Assembly: GCA_944380635.1 (NCBI GenBank)
Contig: CALWID010000001.1
Coordinates: forward strand, 88,374 to 152,373
Source of the DNA: an uncultured Eubacterium sp.
GTDB lineage: Bacteria > Bacillota > Clostridia > Oscillospirales > Acutalibacteraceae
Direction of reading: 5' to 3'
Length of the DNA stretch: 64,000 bases
The position numbers and the translations under genes are program-made. Numbering within the stretch: position 1 is the stretch's first letter; every line of letters starts with the position of its first letter. Shown here piece by piece: positions 48,401 through 55,151 of this stretch. Below the pieces are notes generated by a model. The model was not told where the DNA came from and did not search any database. It was given only the letters and a program-made list of their open reading frames with translations.

Positions 48401-48699
48401 AGGGCAGAAATGATTTAACGGTTGAGCAGATAGACGATGAAAGCGTATTGCAGCTTATTGCATACAATCGCTTAACGCATGAAGACGAAACCACAACATT
48501 TAATCTTGTGTTTACTGATATTCCACAGGCGTCATATGATACGGAAGTGTCTGCAAGGGCGTATGTAAAAATAGACGGGATTTATTATTATTCAGATGTT
48601 ACAACTCGCAGTTTCAACCAGGTTGCAAACGCCGTCCTTGCGGACGATGAAATAGACCAAAATACAAAAAACTCATTAAGTAATTTATTAAAGGCATAA
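45472..48699 (+). CDS. Secreted multidomain protein: S8 subtilase, Fn3/CHB_HEX_C-like domain, BspA-type LRRs and a conserved C-terminal beta domain
   Basis: Signal peptide; catalytic triad VALVDSG / HGSHIAS / GTSFSVP; IYYTT...P...STLYTGSI segment; repeated L..v.fP.L..I...AF units. Confidence 0.88.
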   Translation: MKKFLALFLTLMMIISSLSIAFPVFADTGAEVDTVVDELSELYRDEAEDDKSIEDSAASRVIVKANIKPETYGDAEMIKGTDDIYIYQYETASEAASALEYYDSLNYVKWAETDGIMEGQSLSYGNQMVGGDEAKTYVSTHNVELNDVNVALVDSGVLFSNSMFDGRVTDSGVNLSDTGDKNTASDGNGHGSHIASIIIDNTTDNVHITAYKVLNQYRVGTHLAVATGINMAVDDGADIISLSITSEDRSELIIDAVKNAYENGVIIVNSAGNNSDDVANYYPANMDEVFTVGATDEFGRRAFFTNFGEEIDFVAPGHDIEMTGFHELIDTKNPTDNGTSFSVPYVTAAAAMVLSVDPNLGIEEVKQRLIDSCIPMESLQFRDGFHPIEDYDPVTAWYLAESDPLTEEECYGYGMPQILRAMQITEKNSPVEFSVQSGSYHETFELTLTADEGSDIYYTTEEVYPSPENSTLYTGSIEVSETMSVRAIAVSDDKSKSTPVACEYKMSYYADEDDFEIDDRGYITKYTGNLRELIVPETIDGITVKGVAEYGISRQSLRTIVFPDTVEELEDYSLCNCYYIDFIIGHGIKRIGTEMTWSEILVLDTPAVETIGELAFQYVGRELYLPELCEAGNYLFNGAQNLKEVNFPKLKAVSYKMFSDCYILRTVKLDSVESVDADAFANCYLLKNIYMPELKHLISVNKPDEGTFYRCFNLTEVSFPLVQEIPDLCFNDCEKLVKANFESAVSIGYSAFGYCYELNEIHFPKLKEINFRGFLDTALSEVNLPSLVTIGEEAFCNSTISSLYAPSLEIIEYNAFSYLRMETHIQNQTLKHLYAPKLTTLSDEALAYTGGLTELDLPNLKTIGENAFYESGVNYLYAPELQTAESLPVAENAVVVVSDKLTNCTFEPTDKSLTIQGVKDSYSQEYAESNGLEFIDVNAMGGSIRVTDAGLRFGYSFYDTQKKNVEEYGFVYAAGEQGRNDLTVEQIDDESVLQLIAYNRLTHEDETTTFNLVFTDIPQASYDTEVSARAYVKIDGIYYYSDVTTRSFNQVANAVLADDEIDQNTKNSLSNLLKA

Positions 48700-48701
48700 A
48701 A

Positions 48702-48809
48702 ATGAAATTAAAGTATGAAAGACCCGAAACCGAAGTGAACGAATTTACAACAGTTGATGTTATATCAACCAGCGGCGATGATAACGATACTACATTCCCT
48801 GGGACATAA
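48702..48809 (+). CDS. 35-aa micropeptide MKLKYERPETEVNEFTTVDVISTSGDDNDTTFPGT (below the ORF-track cutoff)
   Basis: Manual translation. ATG lies 2 nt after the subtilase stop and the stop falls just before a terminator; YxxP...F...D(V/I)I-TS pattern. Confidence 0.72.
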   Translation: MKLKYERPETEVNEFTTVDVISTSGDDNDTTFPGT

Positions 48810-48818
48810 GTAATTGAA

Positions 48819-48845
48819 AAGCGGGAAGATTCAATCTTCCCGCTT
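48819..48845. terminator. Probable bidirectional terminator
   Basis: Perfect 12-bp stem AAGCGGGAAGAT/ATCTTCCCGCTT between convergent genes. Confidence 0.8.
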
Positions 48846-48869
48846 CAGTCTGTCATAGAACCCCTGTTT

Positions 48870-49226
48870 TTATTTAAGTTTTTCAGCCCATTCTTTTTCC
48901 TTAAAGCCTGTAAGTACAAAATTTTCTGAAACTATAAGCGGACGCTTAACAAGCATTCCGTTTGAGGCAAGAAGCCGAAGTTGCTCATCTTCGCCCATAT
49001 CAGGCAATTTATCTTTTAACTTCATAGATTTATAAATCATTCCGCTTGTATTAAAAAATCTTTTAAGTTCAAGTCCGCTCCTTTCATACCATTCTTTCAG
49101 TTCGTCATAAGTGGGATTATTTTCAACAATATGTCTGTCTGTATAATCGACGCCGTTTGAATCAAGCCATTTTTTTGCCTTTTGGCAGGTTGAACATTTA
49201 GGGTATTCAATAAAAAGCATAGTCAT
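48870..49226 (-). CDS. ArsC/Spx/MgsR-family protein
   Basis: YPKCSTCQKAKKWL, FFNTSG and GMLVKRP motifs. Confidence 0.92.
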   Translation of the reverse strand: MTMLFIEYPKCSTCQKAKKWLDSNGVDYTDRHIVENNPTYDELKEWYERSGLELKRFFNTSGMIYKSMKLKDKLPDMGEDEQLRLLASNGMLVKRPLIVSENFVLTGFKEKEWAEKLK

Positions 49227-49356
49227 TTTCCTTTCCTGTTAAAATTTATAGTATTTTTAACGGCAAAACAATATACTGATTTGCTTTTGATGATAATAGT
49301 GAGTTTTAAAATTTACTTAAAAATAATTTTAGACTGAAAATAAGATATTAAGTTAA

Positions 49357-51663
49357 TTATATAATTTTGATTTCTGACGATACGCCGTTTGCGGTTACCG
49401 TTACGGCGCCTGATTCACCCGCGCGCACTGCCGCGAGCGCTCTGCCGTAATAAGTTGTGTACTCACCGCTGTCAAACCTTTCCTGAGTTCTTGGGTTTGC
49501 GGAACCGAAAGCAAGAAGTTCGCCGCCGTTTACGCTGACTTTAACTTTTTCATCTGCGTTACATTCAACAATGCCGTTTTTATCCGCAACAACAATATTT
49601 ACATAGCAAATTTCATACGGTTTTACCGTACTTTTTTCGGGATAAACGCAAACTGAAATATCATCACCCGACGAAACAAGGGTATTTTCGGAAACCGCTT
49701 TTCCGAAATTATCATAAGCGACCGCTTTTACAACGCCCGGCTCATAATTCACTTTGAATACAGCCTTATTCAGTTTTGTTTTCTTTTTGGCAATCGGTTT
49801 TGAATTTATGAAAAGTTCAACGCTGAAAGCGTCAGTATACACCTCAACCACTGCCTTTTTACCGGCGCAGTTTTTCCAACTCCAACTGTCTATCGCATTT
49901 GAGCCGCGCCACACTGCTTTAGCCGGTTTTGTGCCGTGATTCACGGGCTGAACACCTATCCACGGCTTTTCGAGCATTCCCCACGCGGATTTTGCGTAAG
50001 CAACGGGTGCGCCGGCGTTGCCGAGAATATCAAAAGCGCCGCAATCTGCAAGCAGCCAAGGATAAGGCTTGTCAAAGCCTTTGCCGTCCGCAGTATAAGC
50101 CCACGCGCCCAAACCTACTTCGCCGAGATAATCCCAAGCAGTCCACATAAAATCGCCAACAAGATAAGGATATTTTTTAACCATATTCCAGTTTTTCACT
50201 ATATCCTGAGGGAAAGTTTCACTGCCGACTACAATTCTGCCCGGGTGTTCTTTTGGCTCGGCGGGATACCTGCCTGAGGCGTAGTTATACCCTGCTATAT
50301 CAAGGGTATCAAGCACCGGGGACACGGCTCTGTCCACACTTTTTAATTTGGAAAAATCATTCATAGCCGTGCCTGTAAAACTTGTGATAAGATTAAACAA
50401 AGTGCTGTTCATACTGCCTGTTTTATTTTTCTTATCATTTTTCCTGCCGCCCTCTTTATCATCATAAATGCCTTTGCCGCTTTTTGCCATTCTGAGTATC
50501 ATCAGATTTATTCCGGCGGTAACGGCTCTTGACGAATCAAGCGTATGGAGATAATCAGTCATTTCACGGGCGGCCGCTACACCGGTATCGGTTGCAGGCT
50601 CCGAAACTTCATTGCCTATTGAATACATTATTACGCTGGGATGATTATAATCCCTGTTTACCATTGCCTTTAAATCCGTAAGATGATTTTCTTTCCACTT
50701 TGACGCATAATCATATTTATTTTTGTGGTTATACCACATATCCCAAGCCTCGTCCATAACATACAATCCGAGAGTATCGCATGCCTCAAGCATTGCGCGC
50801 GAAACAGGATTGTGAGCGGAACGCACGGCGTTAAATCCGGCGTTTTTTAACATGCGCGCTTTGCGAAATTCGCTTTCATCAAAAGTTGCCGAGCCTAAAA
50901 TACCGCTGTCATGATGCAGGCATCCGCCGCGCAGCAAAACCTGCATGCCGTTTACAAAAAGTCCGCGGCTGTTCCACTCAACTTTTCTTATTCCGAAAGT
51001 GAATTCACATTCATCTGTATCCGTATACGCTTTGCAGGTATAAAGAAACGGTGATTCATCGCTCCATAGTTTACCGGACGGAATATCAAGTTCAAAATCG
51101 GCGCCTCTGCCGGACGCAACCACGGCGCCGCCGCAAGTAATTTCCACATTCACTACCCTATCGCTCGTTACTCTGATAACTGCGGGGCTGTATGAAACTG
51201 TTGAAATTTTAACGCTTTGAGGCTCAATACAGTCGCCCGTGCCGACATACATCCAAACAGGGCGGTATATTCCGGCGCCGGAGTACCAACGGCTGTCCGG
51301 CTGCTGAACATTATCACATTCCACACGAATAATATTTTCACCTTTTACAAGAAGTCCGTCCGCCTGAACAAAAAACGGAATATAACCGTAATCCGCACCG
51401 CCGGCTTCCCTGCCGTTAATAAAAACGCGGGCATTTTTATAAACGCCCTCAAACTCAAAAACTATGTGTTTTGAAAGCATTTCATCTGGCACATTAAAAG
51501 ATTTTTCATAAACATAACTGCCGCCGGAAAAATACGCCTGAGCGCCGCCACTTTCGGCATTAGTAGTGCGCAGGGTATGTATCATAGCGTCATGCGGCAC
51601 CAAAACTTCTTTTCCGTTACACTTCCAATTATCGTTAAAAGATATTTTTTGCATAAATATCAC
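49357..51663 (-). CDS. Glycoside hydrolase family 2 (beta-galactosidase-like), cytoplasmic
   Basis: RWYSGAGIYRPV, GGCLHHD, RSAHNP, NHPSVIMYSIGNE (acid/base Glu) and VGSE (nucleophile) motifs; no signal peptide. Confidence 0.92.
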   Translation of the reverse strand: MIFMQKISFNDNWKCNGKEVLVPHDAMIHTLRTTNAESGGAQAYFSGGSYVYEKSFNVPDEMLSKHIVFEFEGVYKNARVFINGREAGGADYGYIPFFVQADGLLVKGENIIRVECDNVQQPDSRWYSGAGIYRPVWMYVGTGDCIEPQSVKISTVSYSPAVIRVTSDRVVNVEITCGGAVVASGRGADFELDIPSGKLWSDESPFLYTCKAYTDTDECEFTFGIRKVEWNSRGLFVNGMQVLLRGGCLHHDSGILGSATFDESEFRKARMLKNAGFNAVRSAHNPVSRAMLEACDTLGLYVMDEAWDMWYNHKNKYDYASKWKENHLTDLKAMVNRDYNHPSVIMYSIGNEVSEPATDTGVAAAREMTDYLHTLDSSRAVTAGINLMILRMAKSGKGIYDDKEGGRKNDKKNKTGSMNSTLFNLITSFTGTAMNDFSKLKSVDRAVSPVLDTLDIAGYNYASGRYPAEPKEHPGRIVVGSETFPQDIVKNWNMVKKYPYLVGDFMWTAWDYLGEVGLGAWAYTADGKGFDKPYPWLLADCGAFDILGNAGAPVAYAKSAWGMLEKPWIGVQPVNHGTKPAKAVWRGSNAIDSWSWKNCAGKKAVVEVYTDAFSVELFINSKPIAKKKTKLNKAVFKVNYEPGVVKAVAYDNFGKAVSENTLVSSGDDISVCVYPEKSTVKPYEICYVNIVVADKNGIVECNADEKVKVSVNGGELLAFGSANPRTQERFDSGEYTTYYGRALAAVRAGESGAVTVTANGVSSEIKII

Positions 51664-51768
51664 CCCTGTATTTTTATACTGTATCAGTCAGTTTATATTT
51701 TTAACAGCGCTGTTTTAAAACAAATCCGTTTTTGGGCACTGAGGTTTTGCTTTAATTTTATCATAATT

Positions 51769-52458
51769 TTAATTATTAACAAGGCAATAAACGGAGCGCG
51801 CCGTTCTTTGCGCCGAATTTTGAAAATGATTGCCCGGATTGAGTTCAAAAACCGTTTTAATTCCGCAAAAGCGGTAAAATTCCTCTATATCACGGGTAGC
51901 CTGCTCAACAGTTTTCAGATACTGATTTCTTGTTTTACTCTCTTTACTTCCCAGCGAAAAATACAAAAAATCCGGCTTTGTTTTCAATTTATTATTAAAG
52001 ACAAATTCTTTCATTCCCGGAAACCAGAGAGAGCCGGAAACGCTTGCCGCCCGAGAAAATAAATCAGTTTTATAAAGCGAATAAACTGCAAACAGCCCGC
52101 CGAGCGAATACCCTGCAATGCCGCGCCAAACGGGTGAACCATTGATTTTTTTCTCCGCCGCAGGAACAATTCTTTGAATGAGCAGTGAGAGATAATCATC
52201 CGCGCCGCCTGTAAACGCTCCTGAGTTTTTCATAACCGGCGGGCAGTTCCACGGCGCCATATCGCGATTCCATTCAAAACCCGAAACCGCAACAAGATTA
52301 AAATCAGAACAGCCGATTTTGAGGAGTTCATCATACACCGATCCCCCTTCGCTGCCGTAAGTATTAAGATATATTACAGGTTTATTCGCCTTTTCACACG
52401 GATAAACGCAAATGATTTTATTTTCTGCTTTAAACTGAATCATCTTTATTCCCATCAT
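51769..52458 (-). CDS. Alpha/beta-hydrolase (putative esterase)
   Basis: GYSLGG nucleophile elbow, SVSGSLWFPG and NPGNH motifs; the true start may be MIQF at 52443. Confidence 0.88.
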   Translation of the reverse strand: MMGIKMIQFKAENKIICVYPCEKANKPVIYLNTYGSEGGSVYDELLKIGCSDFNLVAVSGFEWNRDMAPWNCPPVMKNSGAFTGGADDYLSLLIQRIVPAAEKKINGSPVWRGIAGYSLGGLFAVYSLYKTDLFSRAASVSGSLWFPGMKEFVFNNKLKTKPDFLYFSLGSKESKTRNQYLKTVEQATRDIEEFYRFCGIKTVFELNPGNHFQNSAQRTARSVYCLVNN

Positions 52459-52957
52459 TAATTTTCATTGCGTAATAATCAACATCAATTACGGTACCGT
52501 CAGGATACACTTCGCGGGCGGATTTTATATATTCATCAAATCCGAATTTTTGATAAATCAACAAATTTTTCAAATCGCTATGCTCAACGCCCAAAGTAAC
52601 CTTTGTATATCCCCTTTGCTTTAAATCGCGGAGCATAAATTCAAACAACCTTGAAAAATATCCTTTGCCCTGATACTTGCGTACTGTTCTGAACGCGCAG
52701 AGATAAGCCGTATTTTCATCAACTAAAAATTCGCTGTTTTGAACGCCTGATTTATCAAACAAAGCAGTAGCCTCTGTTATAATTTTACCGTTTAAAACGC
52801 CATAGTATGATAAACTTTTTCCTTCCCTTACGCGTTCAACAGCCTCATTTTTCCACTGAATCCAGTTGCTTTTATTTTTATGGCTTGAAATTTCATAATT
52901 CCATTTTTCTTCCATATCAAAAACGGTTGCTGTTTTGCATACAAATTCATTATTCAT
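52430..52957 (-). CDS. GNAT-family N-acetyltransferase
   Basis: FRTVRKYQGKGY acetyl-CoA motif and NLLIYQKFGF. Start moved to MNNEF. Confidence 0.88.
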   Translation of the reverse strand: MNNEFVCKTATVFDMEEKWNYEISSHKNKSNWIQWKNEAVERVREGKSLSYYGVLNGKIITEATALFDKSGVQNSEFLVDENTAYLCAFRTVRKYQGKGYFSRLFEFMLRDLKQRGYTKVTLGVEHSDLKNLLIYQKFGFDEYIKSAREVYPDGTVIDVDYYAMKINDGNKDDSV

Positions 52958-52988
52958 ATTTATTACCTTACGAAAATTTGAGGTGAAA

Positions 52989-53888
52989 TTAACTTTCAAA
53001 AGATTCCTTAAGCCTATCCAGAAACAACTGGGCGGCGGGCGAAAACACCTGATATTTTTTCCATATCACATTAAGCCCGGATTCGAGACGGGGGCTTAGC
53101 GGGCGAAAACAAAGGCTGCTGTTTTCGGAAGTGTTTGCAAGTTTATCAAGCGTTACAGCGCAGCCTATGCCCTCTTCCACCATAATTGCGGCGTTATAAA
53201 CAAGGTTGTAAGTTGTAACTATATTGAGTTTATCATAGTCTTTGCCAAACCACCGAGCAAAACTGTTTGGCGGTTGATTCGGCGCCACTACCTGCCGTGA
53301 GCAAATCAGCGGAATACCGAGCAAATCTTCTTTTTCTGCAAATTCCTTTTGAGCAAGCGGGCAATCACGCCGCATAAGAACACCCCACACATCTTTTGAC
53401 GGGAGATTTATATAATCGTATTTTGAAATATCCGCAGGCTGAATAAGTATGCCGAAATCAAGCAGACCTTTATCAATTCTATCCGTAACATCCTGGGCGT
53501 TGCCGCTGTGAAGATGATAATGAATTGAGGGGTATGTTTCACGCAGTTCCTTTATGATTTTTGCAATAAGGCGGACTGCCTGAGTTTCACCGCCGCCGAT
53601 ATAAATATCGCCGCTTACGGAATTTTCCATTGCTGAAAATTCTTCTTCGGTTTTATCCACCATAGCAATTATCTCTTCCGCCCGCTTTCTGAAGAGAACG
53701 CCCTGCTGAGTAAGCGTTACGCGGTGGCTCCCCCTTATCAGAAGTTGCTGACCGAGTTCATCTTCCAAATCATGTATCTGCCTTGAAAGAGTAGGCTGTG
53801 TAAGGTGCAGAAAATTTGCCGCGGCAGTTATGCTGCCCTCCCTTGCAACCGCAAGAAAATAACGAAGAACACGAATTTCCATGCTCAT
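52989..53888 (-). CDS. LysR-family transcriptional regulator
   Basis: N-terminal HTH LRYFLAVAREGSITAAANFLHLTQPTLSRQI. Confidence 0.96.
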   Translation of the reverse strand: MSMEIRVLRYFLAVAREGSITAAANFLHLTQPTLSRQIHDLEDELGQQLLIRGSHRVTLTQQGVLFRKRAEEIIAMVDKTEEEFSAMENSVSGDIYIGGGETQAVRLIAKIIKELRETYPSIHYHLHSGNAQDVTDRIDKGLLDFGILIQPADISKYDYINLPSKDVWGVLMRRDCPLAQKEFAEKEDLLGIPLICSRQVVAPNQPPNSFARWFGKDYDKLNIVTTYNLVYNAAIMVEEGIGCAVTLDKLANTSENSSLCFRPLSPRLESGLNVIWKKYQVFSPAAQLFLDRLKESFES

Positions 53889-53922
53889 TTCCCCTTTCTG
53901 ACCCTATTATACAATAATTTAT

Positions 53923-53939
53923 TATGCGTGTAAAGCATA
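53923..53939. promoter_or_regulatory. Probable LysR recognition box
   Basis: TATGC-N7-GCATA palindrome (contains T-N11-A) in the divergent intergenic region. Confidence 0.6.
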
Positions 53940-54016
53940 CCACAAAATAGAAACAAGGTATTTGCTATTTCTGCTTTTCGACGGTAAAATAAAAACGCAG
54001 AAAGGAGCGGCGGCGT

Positions 54017-54268
54017 ATGGGCATTATGCAAGACCGCGTATTCAGAATACGCAGAAATCTAAAAGACGCAGGCTGCGGCGATTCAGTAATTTACGAATTT
54101 TTTGAACTTGAAAAAAGCCACAGGCGAGCCCAGCAATACAAACTGCTGAGCAAACAAAAATCATTGCTTTTGAAAGAACTGCACCGAAATCAATATAAGA
54201 TAGACTGCCTTGACCATATGGTTTACACCATGCGTGAAGAGGACAAAAAAACGGAGGAATCAAAATAG
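54017..54268 (+). CDS. Small conserved hypothetical protein (NLxDAGC...IDCLD family)
   Basis: RNLKDAGC and LHRNQYKIDCLDHMVY motifs; divergent from lysR; AAAGGAG upstream. Confidence 0.75.
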   Translation: MGIMQDRVFRIRRNLKDAGCGDSVIYEFFELEKSHRRAQQYKLLSKQKSLLLKELHRNQYKIDCLDHMVYTMREEDKKTEESK

Positions 54269-54343
54269 TCTGCTTTTAATACGGCGGTAGTAAAACAATC
54301 TTGCCGCTGTGTATTAAGAATTTTTGAGAAAAAGCGCAAGACT

Positions 54344-54898
54344 ATGCCTGAGATTATGAAAAAAATAAAAATTTATATAAAAAACATTGCTGTTTTTGCG
54401 GCGGCGGTTTTGATTGCAGCGGCGCTTTGCTCGTGCGGCGCGGCAGGGGCGGCAACTCAGGAAACCGAAACCGTAACACAAAGCGAAACGGCGGCAAAAA
54501 CAACTGACGGTGAAACGCAGTCTGCCGAAAGCGGCGCGGAGGATAAAAATATGAGAGAAATAAAAATCATTGCGGGCGGAAAAACTTTTTACGCTGAACT
54601 ATACGATAACGAAACGGCGCGCGAATTTGCAAAACTGCTGCCGCTTACAGTTAATATGAGCGAACTTAACGCAAATGAAAAATATTATTATTTGCAGAAT
54701 TCACTGCCTGCCGATTCAAGCAGACCGGGCACAATTCACACGGGCGACCTTATGCTTTACGGTTCTGACTGCATTGTGCTGTTTTACAAAGATTTCAGCA
54801 CCTCATACAGTTACACACCTCTTGGGCGAATAAACGACCCTGCCGGACTTGCGGACGCGCTCGGCGGCTCAAGCGTTCAAGTAACTTTTGAATACTAA
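54344..54898 (+). CDS. Lipoprotein with cyclophilin-like-fold domain
   Basis: Lipobox LCSC, T/E-rich linker, then LYDNETAREF.KLLPL...GDLMLYG..CIVLFY...YSYTPLGRI. Confidence 0.85.
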   Translation: MPEIMKKIKIYIKNIAVFAAAVLIAAALCSCGAAGAATQETETVTQSETAAKTTDGETQSAESGAEDKNMREIKIIAGGKTFYAELYDNETAREFAKLLPLTVNMSELNANEKYYYLQNSLPADSSRPGTIHTGDLMLYGSDCIVLFYKDFSTSYSYTPLGRINDPAGLADALGGSSVQVTFEY

Positions 54899-55151
54899 AT
54901 TATAATCGGATGCCTTTCTGTTTTATGCGCTGAGGCGCAAAAGCGGGAAGGCTTTTTACTATGCCCGCTGTTTAATTATTAATTTACAACGGTTTGCCGC
55001 TGTGTTATAATAACCTCACGAACCACTTGCCAAATCATAGATTTGGAGTGCTTCGGAGAACATTGTATCATACCGCCTTACACTCCCGCGTTCGGCGATA
55101 TGGTATAATATTTTGTATTTTATTTTTGTAAAGCGTGGTGAAAAGCGGATA

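Noticed and set aside
48702-48809. Lasso peptide biosynthetic cluster
   Set aside because: The leader-like motifs are present, but there is no ring-closing Asp/Glu at core positions 7-9 and no lasso cyclase, peptidase B or RRE gene in the window.
55099-55109. TATGGTATAAT, identical to the last 11 nt of the CRISPR repeat, as an orphan repeat or second anti-repeat
   Set aside because: Better explained as the extended -10 promoter of the GTPase-NYN gene; the flanks do not match the repeat.
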